A DNA stretch of 60,919 bases, the filler included, from Pirum gemmata (Eukaryota), in NCBI GenBank assembly GCA_002812295.1. It is 16 parts of 16 records of this genome, joined end to end, with 100 filler letters (N's around TTAATTAATTAA, not from the genome) between each part and the next. Parts side by side here need not be neighbours in the genome. Positions count along the whole stretch, not along the records: positions 22,577 to 26,270 come from PDIN01002125.1; positions 26,371 to 30,062 come from PDIN01002126.1; positions 30,163 to 33,836 come from PDIN01002127.1; positions 33,937 to 37,578 come from PDIN01002128.1; positions 37,679 to 42,087 come from PDIN01002129.1; 11 more parts are not named here. One strand, given 5' to 3'. The position numbers were made by a program, and so were the translations under genes. Below are positions 24,938 through 37,702 of the stretch, piece after piece. How positions within the stretch are numbered: the stretch's first letter is position 1; the number at the start of each line of letters is the position of its first letter. The notes beneath the pieces are model-generated. The model searched no databases and was not told the DNA's origin. It was given only the letters and a program-made list of their open reading frames with translations.

Positions 24938-26392
24938 TTTTCAAATATCGTTTTCTTCGTTTTTTATTGGAGAAGGATTTCTTTTTTTTTTAATTATTGC
25001 CAAAAAAATAAATTATTAAAAATTAAATAATTAAATTCTTTTTTTTTCTGTATTTGTTAGGGTTAGGGATAGGGTTAGGGATAGGGTTAGGGGTAGGGTT
25101 AGGGATAGGGTTAGGGATAGGGTTAGCATTATACTTATACTTATACTTGTTGTACATAAATAGGTTTTTTGACGTACTTATTACCTCATTTTATTGTTTT
25201 ACGTCATTTTCCTTATATATTACTTCTATCTATTCCTATCTATTCGATTGGACGTGTCCATAAATAGGTTTTTTGACGTACTTATTACCTCATTTTATTG
25301 TTTTACGTCATTATTACGTCATAATAGGTTTTGACGTATTTATTACGTCATTTTCTTGTTTACATCATTATTACGTTATATTCCTTATATATTATTCCGA
25401 TTGGTCGTGTCCATAAATAGGTTTTTTGACGTATTTATTACGTCATTTTCTTGTTTACATCATTAATACGTCATTATTACGTCATTTTCCTTATATATTA
25501 TTCATATCTAATAGTTCTATCTATTCTACTTATAATTAAAAATTATCTTTGGTCATAATTACGTCACTTTTCCCTCTTGTATTCTACTTATAATTAAAAT
25601 TATCTTTGGTCATAATTACGTCACTTTTACCTCTTGTATTCTACTTATATTCTACTTATAATTAATCTCATATAAAAAAGGCGGTAATCTATTTCAGGAC
25701 GCAATTTTATTTTTTTCGCCTAAGTATACTTATATAAGTTTTAAAAAAAAAAATCTTTTTTTTTGTTTATACTTTTTTTTTTTAGTTACCATATTTAGAA
25801 AAAAGATTTATAAGAATATTTTCACCAATAATAATTACCATATCTCTGTGATTTATTTCAATATCCAATAATAGTGGAAATCTTATAAAGTTTTAAATTA
25901 AAACTTCCAAATTTAAATTTTATTACCTAATTTAAAAATTTTATCTACATTTATGGAAATATCCCTACATGTGTAAAAAAATAGTAACCAAATATTTAAA
26001 TTTTATTACTTAATTTGAAAATCGTAACTACAATTATGAAAATATCCCTACATGTGTAAAAAAATCCCCATATTTTACTAAATTCATTACTATTTTTATG
26101 AAAAAAAAACACCAAATTTGATAAAAATTACTTATAAATTAGGTTTAGTTACAGGGTCAGCTCTGCTTCTTAATTGGTTTCTATTTCTATGCATTTTATT
26201 TAATTTTTTTTTTGTTTTTTTTTTCCAATAAAACTTCCAAATTTTTATTTCATTGCCTAATTTGAAAATTNNNNNNNNNNNNNNNNNNNNNNNNNNNNNN
26301 NNNNNNNNNNNNNNTTAATTAATTAANNNNNNNNNNNNNNNNNNNNNNNNNNNNNNNNNNNNNNNNNNNNTTTTTTTTTTATGATATCATAG

Positions 26393-26400
26393 GACAAAAT

Positions 26401-26433
<33 letters not shown>

Positions 26434-26657
26434 TATATGGGCATATAGCAAAAGAGTATACATTTCTTGGAGTACAAGGAACGAACGACTTTTGGAAATA
26501 TTTAAATGATTATGTTAGTAGTCTTGATAAAGATCAAAATGTTTCACAATGGTCATTTCCACCAGCCCCATACATTCACCAAACATTTGGCCCAAATCTA
26601 ATTGATAGTGTTGGAATCAATCGAATACTAATTTCTAATGGGCAAAAAATTGTATAA
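26393..26657 (+). CDS. Terminal exon of an unknown gene
   Basis: TAG acceptor, then open frame ...IYGHIAKEYTFLGVQGTNDFWKYLNDYV...SNGQKIV-stop. Confidence 0.55.
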
Positions 26658-26841
26658 AAAGCAGACAAAAAAATAGTGTTTTTTTAAAAAATTAATAACA
26701 ATAACAAAAATAACAATATTATAACAATAACAAAAAATTAATAACAATAACAAAAATAACAATAACAATAACAAAAACATATCATAATAATAATTACAAT
26801 AATACTAATACACAACAATAATAAAAAATAAAAAATAAAAA

Positions 26842-27363
26842 ATGTCGAAAATACTTTTAGGAACCTACGGTTTTTTTTCTATACTTGCCATAGTGCTTCT
26901 AATAGCTTCGCTTGCTTCAACAAAATGGCTTGAGAGTACTTCGAGTATTAGCACTTCAGAGATTACGATGGGATTGTTTCGCTCTTGTATTAATGATGTT
27001 TGTGAAAGTAACTCTAATATTCGCGGAACTGATACTGATTCTTTTATGACTGTCAGGGCATTTGTTATTCTAGGATTTTTAGTTTTAATTGCGTCCTGTT
27101 CTGCATCTTTGTATGGGGTTCTGAAAGCGAGTAAGAATGCTAAGGTATTGGGGGCAGGGTTAAATGCAGTCGCTTGTATATGTTTAAGCATTGCTATCAT
27201 TGTTTTTCCAAATGATTTTGATTATGATTTTTCTTCTTCTGGTGTGGTTATAGGTTGGGGTTATGTTGTTGCGATTATAGTTACTTTTATTTCAATTTGT
27301 ATGTTAATGTGTTCGAGTGTGATAGCTTTGAGAAGTGATGCTGGGTACAAAAGTTCAGTTTAA
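26842..27363 (+). CDS. PMP22/EMP/claudin-superfamily tetraspan protein
   Basis: Four hydrophobic segments; first-loop signature W...GLF..C....C (KWLES...MGLFRSCINDVC); GWGY before TM4. Confidence 0.8.
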   Translation: MSKILLGTYGFFSILAIVLLIASLASTKWLESTSSISTSEITMGLFRSCINDVCESNSNIRGTDTDSFMTVRAFVILGFLVLIASCSASLYGVLKASKNAKVLGAGLNAVACICLSIAIIVFPNDFDYDFSSSGVVIGWGYVVAIIVTFISICMLMCSSVIALRSDAGYKSSV

Positions 27364-27706
27364 AACTAAATATTTGTAAGAATTTAAAGGTTCATTAATT
27401 AAGTTTTGCTATTATTGTTAACGTTTTCCAAATGATTTTAATTAAATATGATTTTACTTCTGGTGTAGTTATGAGTTGGGGTTATAATATTACAATTATA
27501 GCTAGTGGGATTTCATTATGTGTTAGAGAATCTGATAGAGAAAAAGAGTAATAACTTCTTACAAATTTTATGAGAATTGTGATACGTTAGGTAAATAATA
27601 AATGGATGATCCCTGTATATATTATAGTCATGATAAAGTGCATTATTAATAAATAGGAAATTACCATTTTTGAGTATTTATTATTATTAATATTATTATT
27701 ATTATT

Positions 27707-27737
<31 letters not shown>

Positions 27738-29016
27738 CTAGTATAATTATATAATATCATAATAACTATATATACTACAAAAAACTCTAACAATATAATA
27801 CTATGACATTAAATTATATACATGTTATATATAATATATATTATCACAAATTGCTTTTTAAAAATAAAAGAGGATTTTTTTATTTTTTTATTTTATTTTA
27901 TTTCAAAAATTAAGCCTAATTCCAAAACCCAACTCAGTGTGATTGCTAATTCACCCAACCCTAACCACAACACAATTAACAACAACGAAACACTTAACAA
28001 TTATTAATAACAATTAATTAACATTATATAATATAGCCATGACACTGCCATAACCATATTATTAATACATAATAAGCCTAATTTTAAAACCCACAGCCTA
28101 ATTCCAAACCCCAACTCAGTGTGATTGCTAGTAGTTGTAACTATAAAAAAAGTAACAAGGGTATAAAATTATAATAAATATAAAATATATTAATATGTTT
28201 TTAAAAGTTTGAAGAGGATTTTATTTGTTTTTTGAGAGCAGAGCTCCTTTTATACCCATCTGCTCCAGGTCAGACGGCTGTGTGATTGTTTTTATAAAAA
28301 TTTATAAAAATATAAATTTTCCAAAATTATTGTTATTTTACTATAATGTAGGTTGAACCTACCCAACCCTAACTAACCACAACACAATTAACAACAACGA
28401 AACACTTTACAATTAACAATTAACATTATATAATATAGCCATAACACTGCCATAACCATATTATTAATACATAATAATAGAACAGAATCAAAATAGAAAT
28501 AAAACAACAACAAACAATTACTATTAATTAACTATTATTATTACTTATCTATTATTATTATTATTATTATTATTAATAATACTGTTATAATTTATCCTAA
28601 ACTTACTAAGTCTTGTCCAAAATTTATTATTATTATGTAGTAAATTACTTATTTATTTAATAATATTACCAAAAAGGTAAATATTCCTAAAACGGTTATA
28701 CTTAATTTAAGTACTACTAAAAACGATTATATATTAATTTGTTTTCTAAAAAAGATATTTTATCTCCAAATATAGTAACAAATTCATCTGTTTTGGTAAA
28801 ATAAATAGTTGTCTAAAATCAGTCTAAAATCTTGTTTTCAGTGGCAACTTTTCAACCAGACTTTTCACCCAACGTGAATTTTTTTATATTTATACACCCC
28901 ATTTATATATAAATTTTTTTATCCAACAAGTATGATTTAGCAACTATAAGACAAAAATTATTATGATATTAAATATGGATAACGCTATTCTCATTGATTC
29001 CTAATGGATATGGATA

Positions 29017-29252
29017 CCAGTAAAAAATCTGAAGATGGAAAAATCTGAATCTAGAAGGGTATTTTTTTCAACTAAGACATCTAGATTGGCATTTTTAAAA
29101 ACCTTAAAAAACCATCGTTTGAATCGATATTTTTTTTTGATGCTTTATTTTGTTCAAGAAAAAAAAAGTATATCCAGATGTTGATTTAAAAGAGTTTAAA
29201 ATGCCAATCTAGATGTCTTAGTTGACAAAAATACCCTTCAGATTTTTTACTG
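29017..29252. mobile_element. Hairpin MITE-like element
   Basis: Arms CCAGTAAAAAATCTGAAG...GGGTATTTT.TCAACTAAGACATCTAGATTGGCATTTT and its reverse complement, ~95-nt spacer. Confidence 0.7.
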
Positions 29253-32200
29253 GCACAATAAATACTACCAAATTAATACAATATAAATCCATTTAATTTA
29301 ATTTGGAATATTTTATTATCCATGTATTGATTTCAAAATGTCAATGTAAAGAGTATAACCCTCCCAATAAATATTTAGAGGGACTAAACAAACGAAAAGC
29401 ACGCTACTTCATTTGAATAGTTTCGTTATGTTTTAACTTTTCAAAAACTTCAATTCAATTCGATAAAATTTTAATTTTGTAATATTTTTTTTCTCTATCT
29501 CTATCTCTATCTCTGAGAAGTGACGCTGGGCTCAAAAGTAACATCACTTCTCAAAGCCCTCACACTTAAACACATAATGAAATCCCACTAGCTGCAATAG
29601 TAAACATATATAACCCCAACCCATAACTACACCAGAAGTAAAATCTTATTTGAAATCATTTGGAAAACGTTAATTAACAACAATAGAAAAACGAATTTAA
29701 TGAACCTTTGCTTTACGTTCGCATTTATAATTAAAAAATATCAAAAATAAATCATAATTAATCAAAATTTTAAAAAAATCATTCTAATCGTGATATTATT
29801 GACTTTAATTTAATTTTTAAGACATACTGATAGCAACCGAAGTATCATGTAATAGCTTTAATGAACCTGGTAGGATTAGACGCTATGGTAGGCTTTTAAT
29901 AAACCTAACCCTAGCCCCACAACCCTAACTCCTCCCTAACACTCCCTAACCCTAACTCTAATACCTTAATAACACCTTAATTAATTTAAATTAAAAATAA
30001 AAAATAAATAAAATAAATGGTGAAGAACTATAAATAGTACTTATAATGTATTATTATTATTANNNNNNNNNNNNNNNNNNNNNNNNNNNNNNNNNNNNNN
30101 NNNNNNTTAATTAATTAANNNNNNNNNNNNNNNNNNNNNNNNNNNNNNNNNNNNNNNNNNNNTAAAATTGGCTTATTTTGAGATTTTTTGGATTTTTGAG
30201 TTCATATATGACGATGTTGCCATTTTATCCGGCTTGGTAGTTAAAATAATATCGATATCATATTTATACATAAAAAAAAAAAAAAAAAAGCTTTTGTTGA
30301 CGTATAGTTAAATTATCAAGATATTACTGTTAAAAAAATTGACTTCTGGTGGAAATTCTTTGAAAAAGTTGGGTGCTCGCCTGTTCTCGCCTGTTCTGTC
30401 TTAACAGGTTTTCTTGTGGCTTTTTAGTATTTTCGGTAGTTGTTTTGTATTGATTTTTCTATTTTCCAATTATCTTTTCCCATTCATTTTGTTCTATATT
30501 CCATAGGTTGTTTAGGTTAACGTTGTTATCATCATTTTAATAAGCTTTTTGTTTTTGAGATTTCCTTCTATCTGTTTTATACTATCATGATACTGTTTGT
30601 TATGATATATAATATATATCGAAGTTTATATCGATCACCAATTAATATTGGTTTAGACTTTGATCGTGCTTTTGTCACTTTAAATATTTATTTGGAGGGT
30701 TATAATATTTAAATTGACATTTTTTAAATCAATAAATAGATAATAAAATATACCAAAATATATCAAATGGGTTTATATTGTATTTATTTGGTACTATTTA
30801 TTGTATATTTTATGATGACAAAACTACTGAAAAGCACTATAGCTTCAGCTTTTAAATAAAACACTAGACAATATCGGCAGAATAATTAATAATGAATACT
30901 TATCAAGCTTTTTCTCTTTCATAAACGCATATGGCATACATAATGCTATATACATTATTTCTCCTTCTTTATTTTATTTATATAACCTCTAATACTTCTC
31001 CCTCTAATATCGAAGTTTAACATCATCGCTGGGATTTTATCATACTGAACAGGTACACTATGAAATTAATTAAAACTTGCTTTTTATTTGTAAACAAAAA
31101 GAAGATGATAAAATGCACGCGTACGGATGTATAATTATATAGATACTTCCATCAATATTATTTTATAGTATATCTGTACATGTGTACATAAAATTGTATT
31201 ATAATATATATATCATTATAATATAATATCACATTACTCTACTCAAAAGTGAAATTATATTATAATAATACAATATATTAATACACATTATTGTATTAAT
31301 CAAGAGTGACAGTAATTGTAATAATTGTAATTTTAGTTTATTATTAATTTCTATTTCTATTTTATTTTTTATTATTGATATATTGATATATTGATATTGT
31401 TATAATTATTGCTATTGCTATTACTATGGTTATAGTGGTTATTGTTATTGTACTTTTGTTGTTGTTTTTAAAAACTTGTTTTCTTTACAAATGTTGAACC
31501 CATTCACTAATACAGTGATACCATAGATTATTCAAGATTTAGCCAATATTTAGTCCGATAATCATTTGGCAACATATTTGGCCGTAGCTAGCTAGCTAGA
31601 GCTGGCTAGGTAGTAGAAGCTAGCTAGCTAGCTAGACTATTTTGCCAACATCTGCGCATCGTTGTTCTAACAGTGTTACTCGTGGGTGGGTAGTACTAGT
31701 ACTGGGTGCACGGTTCTACGGTTCTTAGTATCATACGACAAAAAAACAAAAACAAAGAGCATGCTAATTCCATCATATCATAATATGCCACAATAAAGTG
31801 AATATGCAGGTGAATCGTATTACTGCTTTATTATGATTTATAATATATAATATGATGCATACATAAATTTGTAATTATTCATTTTTATAATAAAGGAATA
31901 ATTAATGATGAAGGAGATAAGCTCAGTAGATAGTTGAACAAAGAGTGCTACAATACACTTACAATACTCTTATTCAGATACAATAATACCAAAGACTCTA
32001 TGAAAATTTCTTTTTCCTGGGGTCTTTGTTACAGATTCAATATAGTATCATAGGCTATCTACTACTTCTATCATACTTGATCGCGTGAGCTCTTCGATCT
32101 GTTCAACTCGATACCCAGTCTAGCTACTAGCTAGGACTAGTAGTAGCAAGATGGGTCTGCAAATGAATAAGGAACAACAAAAAAAACTAATACTAGTAGC

Positions 32201-33004
32201 CGTCATTTTAATGCTTCGCTTTGTAATCTGATAGCTTAGAATTTTCATCTGATAAGGACAGAAGGCTAGGTCAGAAGGTGGGGTATCTGTGTTTATGATG
32301 ACGTCATTAATGAATGTTCCTTTTAATTATTTTAGAACTATGATAGCTACTATGATACTATAATATTATTTCATCTATAGATTCTATACCTACTACTATA
32401 GTATTATTCAGTTGTTTTGTCATACAACAAAGAGTGCCAAATTAATAAAATATAAATCCATTTGATTTAATTTGCTATATTCTATTATCTATTTATTAAT
32501 TTAAGAATATCAATTTAAAGGTTATATAACCTACCAAACAACTACGGTGACAAAATAAATGAAAAGCCCAACAATCATAGCTAGAACATCATAGTATTTG
32601 AATATAGACTATCGATCGAATTTTCTTCGACTAGTAGTCTAGTCGATATGCTGGTCGGTTCGAGATCAACTATTTTTTCTATCGTAATACTTTTTTTAAA
32701 AATATGATGGCCAGGTAAAAATGAGTAGGGGTGAGATATCTACTGGAACTTTTTTCGAACAGATGCTTATCGAGCCAACCTTAGTTCCGTGTTTCTTACT
32801 AATAATAGAAGTTAAATAGCTTAAATTAGTAAATTGAATTATACTAGTTACCAATTAAACCGATAATATTAACATTAATAGTAATAAAAGCCATAAAATC
32901 GGGAAAGTTCTGGCAGCTGTTCGGTAATAATAAAATGACGTCATTTCACCCCTACTTAAAAATGGCAACGTGAACTAAATGGGAAATTGTTTTTTAGTTT
33001 TTTT

Positions 33005-33800
33005 TTTTAACTACCAAGCCAGATAAAAATGGCAACATCTGCTATATGAGCTCAAAAATCCAAAAATCACAAAATAATCCAATTGTAATAGAACTTATAG
33101 AAGTGCTACCAAAATTTGAGAAATATTCTAAGTAATAAAAATCTATTATGAACCAATTGGTTAGTTTTTAAAAATAATTTGGTAGGATGTTTTTAGAAAA
33201 GAAGTCTTAAAAAAAAAAAATGATTTCTACAGTTTTATCCGGCTTGGCTGTTAAAAAAAAACAAAAAACAAAAAAAACTTATTTCACAAGCATTCATCAG
33301 GCCAGGTAGTCCATCTTTATCATTTTTTTAACCTGTAGAAATCATTTTTTAGGGCTCTTTTCGAAATCTTCAATTATAACTAGCCAAATATTTTTTAAAA
33401 CTTGGGTATTGGTTCATAATAGACTTTTTTTAGTTAAAACATTTATAAAAAATTGGTAGTACTTTAACTAAAATTGGTGCATTTTGTGATTTTCGGATTT
33501 TGAGCTCATATGACGGATGCCCCAATTTTTAAACGGCTTGGCTGTTAAAAAAAAAAAAAATCGTTTTGCATCTTTTTGCTTCTTTTATAAAAATGGCGAC
33601 ATCCGCATATTTATGAGCTCAAAAATCCAAAATCTCAAAATGATTCAATTTTATTTTAAAAGTACTACCAAAATTTGTTAATCTTTTAATTAAAAATAAC
33701 TCTATTATGAACCAATGGCTAGTTTTTAAAAGTTATTTGGCTAGTTAGTGTTAAAGATTTTTAGAAAAGAAGTCTAAAAAAAAAAAAAAATTTATAAAAA
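33005..33800. mobile_element. Foldback-like inverted/tandem array of a ~250-bp unit (further copy 30165-30245)
   Basis: 33005-33250 is the imperfect reverse complement of 33330-33548; a third copy lies at ~33590-33800. Confidence 0.65.
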
Positions 33801-34044
33801 TTAAAAAAAAAAAGCTTTAAAAAAAAAAAAAAAAAANNNNNNNNNNNNNNNNNNNNNNNNNNNNNNNNNNNNNNNNNNNNTTAATTAATTAANNNNNNNN
33901 NNNNNNNNNNNNNNNNNNNNNNNNNNNNNNNNNNNNATTAGTGTTGTTGGTGATTATTATTATTATTAATCGGTTTAATGAATTTACCGATTCTAAAACA
34001 GAGAAATTGCATTTGTGTGAAGTTGTACAAGGAAACAATCACTT

Positions 34045-34136
34045 AAGGGGGGTGTTTATAAATAACGACACGAATTTAGAGGGTGGGGGGTTACAAAAAA
34101 ACAAAAAATAAAGAAGTAATTTATGAACGTTCCCTT
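34045..34136. mobile_element. Short PIF/Harbinger(Tourist)-like MITE
   Basis: TAAGGGGGGTGTTTATAAATAAC ... GTAATTTATGAACGTTCCCTTA imperfect TIR with TAA/TTA flanks. Confidence 0.4.
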
Positions 34137-34239
34137 ATTTGACAACAATAACGCAATTTGGTAGTTTGTTAGTAAAAAAGGCTGTAAAACAGAAAGCTAA
34201 GGTTTTAATTAGAAAGGAATTGTATTAAAGGCACTCTAC

Positions 34240-34376
34240 CTTTTTGGAGCAAATCTTTGCAGGATCTATATATGTTCACTGCTCCTTCTAACAAAGCGTG
34301 TTTATACCTCTAATTGGTTCATTATATAATTGTTTAATCAATTAATCAATTAATAAAAATATCACTACCATTACTG

Positions 34377-34445
<69 letters not shown>

Positions 34446-36494
34446 TTACTCTGTTATCATTACTACCAAAATTACAATTCATTTTACTTAATGATTGTGA
34501 CAAATAAATCTTATCCCATAAATAATAAAATATTGATCACAGAGAGTAAATAATAATAAGAAAAAATAAAAAATTACACAATGATCAAGAATAAACTTAC
34601 ATCATCACTGTGAAGTTTTTCCAATTCTTCCAAATAAAAGGGGAACAGCTCAGTTAGAACTCTTTTTGCACCATTTTCTGTAAGGGTTAGGGTTAGGGTT
34701 AGGGTTAGGAGATATACATAATACAAGAAAAATACAGAACAGCGAATATAATTTAAAACCACAAACCCGATAAAACTGGAGACAATAACTACAGGACACA
34801 ATTACAAAAAATCGATAAGTGCCATACCAAAAGAACAAAGAAACAAATAAAAAAAAATAATAATAAAGACTTTAGATGAACAAAACCAGCAGCAACAATA
34901 GAGATTTTTTTGTAAACCTTTCGCTGCACACAAAGAAGCTAGCAGACGCCCGATTGAACTCCAGGTATCCGACCCGGGTTTCATTTTCATTTTACAATCT
35001 TTAACAATAATATCTATCAATGCATCACAATCTAGGAAAAAGAAGAATTCAAGGTTAGGGTTAGTTTAGTTTTAGTTTTAGTTTAGTTTTTTTAATCCAA
35101 AGCAGAAATCAAAAACCACAAAAAATGAAGACAATTTCAAAACAACAACTCACAAAAACTTTTAATTTTTGTTACTCTTAAATAATATATATGTATGGTA
35201 TGTTCAACATTTATCTACACATAGTGTTATTACCATTTGTTCTTTTACAATTATCAACGTTTTAAAAGTAACCCAGAAAAAACAACAACGAAAGCATAAC
35301 CAACACTAACACAACCAAAACACCCAACGCCCGTTTCCACAAACCTTCAGCATGTAAAACCATTAAGCATTTTTTTAGAGTTTTCAAAACAGTATTAACC
35401 ATACTTTCCTCTCGGTAATCAAATATTTCTATTTTCATACATTCCCAAATCTCAGGCATAAAGTTGGACAATTCCACCCGATATGTTTCAGCACAGATTT
35501 CTAAAGTTGTGTATGTTTCGATCTACATTTAAGCACATACATTTAAGTTTTCAAATTTAGAGTGATATTCTTCAAAGTAATTCGCAAATATAAGTTGATG
35601 TAAATACAATGATAATGTTGACGTGTTTATATTGATTTCAATGACAAAATCGTTATTATCAACTTCATGATTGTATTCAATTTCATTTTGACAAGAATAA
35701 TGATGAAATTAACTATCGAACCAGTCCAAACCCCAAAACCAAACACTAAACCCAAACACCTCTCCCTTACCCTTAATCCCTGACTCTAAACCCAAAACCT
35801 TAATTCTAAACCCTAAGCCCTAAGCCCTAAGCCCTAAACCCTAAACTCTAAACCCTAAGCCCTAAACCCTAGCCCCTAGCCTCTTAAGTTTTTGACGTAA
35901 TTATGATGGTAAAAAAAAAAGAAAATAGATACAAAAGTCATGTCAAATATAGAAATGAATATGAATGGAAACAAAATTACGAAAAGAAAACACCAATCAC
36001 GATAACTACACAAATGAATATAAATTGAAGATTACTTTTGTTTCTGCGATATTGCTAGAAAGTTTTTCAACAAGGTTCGGAAGGCAAAACTGTGCAAATT
36101 GAGGTTCGGCCTTTAAAAAAAAACTATTTGAAAAAGATCAGTTCCAGCAAAAGTAAACAATATAAGAATAACGACAAATCAGTAATACATATAATTTGAG
36201 GGTATAACAATGACCGAAAATAACAAGTAACACTACAATAAAACTATACGATAGTAACAATAGCGGAAATAACTAAAATTATACCAAAACCATAAACAAC
36301 TATCGCAACAGTAATATAACCATAACCATGACGATAGTAACAATAACAGAAAGAATTATAAGTACACTCTTAAAACTAAAACCACAACTACACCTCTAAC
36401 CATCATCATAGTAAGAATCGATACCGCAATGAAAATAATCAGAGAAAAAACTATAACCACATTCATAAATTTGGTCAGAAAAATACAAAAGAAA

Positions 36495-36529
<35 letters not shown>

Positions 36530-37557
36530 ACAACAACAATAGCAATAATGATAATAATACACCATGACCAATTACACTATAGCAAGACAAAAGTAGTAAC
36601 ATTAATACAATAATCACATTTTAAAACAATAACAATCTAAAACACGGTTGCATACTTCAATCCATCACGTAAGTCTGCCCGCGTTATACCTGACTTGTCT
36701 GTTGGAGGGGGACTGTAGGTTATAGGAAAATAACACCAAGCAATTTCGAACATATCCTGTTTTAATAAACAAAATTATACAATTTACAATACTAACACTA
36801 ATACCAATACAAAAATCAATACTCAATAAGTAATATGAAATAAATATATATATGCAATAAAAAAAGGTTTGTGCAGTCAAACCAATAAATAACAACATTA
36901 AAATATAATTAAGAATACACGCATAAAGACATAACAACTAATATATATAAAGAAATTCATTCTAGAACATCAGAAAACTATAAACCTCTGTGAAACGAGA
37001 AATATCAAAATTAGAGATTATAATAGCACCCATTTCAAACAACGGGAGTAAATTTCTTGGGTCCTTTTCACCATCCATAGCTTGAATAAAGCCAAATACA
37101 AAGTCGTTACCAATTGCTATGACGTCTATTTAAAATACACACAAACACATCGAAATCAAATTACAGTTATAGGCTGTTTATAATACACAAAACTAATAAG
37201 GAAAGTTTAGAAAAATAACCACAACAGCCAAATACAAAATTGAAAAAAAGAAGAAACATAACAATGAAGCTTACAAAAACAACATATTGCCAATGAAGCA
37301 AAAAATAGAATGACCAGAAACCAAAAAAAAAAACAGCAAAATGTAATTAGAACACCAATGGTAATAAAACATTACAACAAACCAATGGCGTATGAAACTG
37401 ACAGTGATAAGCAATCGACAACAAAAAATATAATAATAAACAAAGCACAGAAACTTACTTACCTTTCAGATAAAGGGTGAGAAGCAATTTAAATACTTTA
37501 AAAATTAAAGCTCTTTGTGGCTGTCGCAGTGATTGGGCATTAACCTCAGCAAAAATT
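34240..37557 (-). CDS. MMS19: MMS19 (cytosolic Fe-S assembly component), eight internal exons
   Basis: Spliced product EVNAQSLRQPQR...GNDFVFGFIQAMDGEKDPRNLL...CYFPITYSPPPTDKSGITRADL..GLNFFLKAEPQFAQFCLPNLVEKL...FMPEIWECMKIEIF; GT-AG sites in compatible phases. Confidence 0.92.
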
Positions 37558-37702
37558 CTAAATAATGCACAATAATAANNNNNNNNNNNNNNNNNNNNNN
37601 NNNNNNNNNNNNNNNNNNNNNNTTAATTAATTAANNNNNNNNNNNNNNNNNNNNNNNNNNNNNNNNNNNNNNNNNNNNAAATAATAATAATAATAATAAT
37701 AA

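Noticed and set aside
23829..25505. CRISPR-like array
   Set aside because: Repeats are tandem or inverted, without unique equal-length spacers; eukaryotic context; no cas genes
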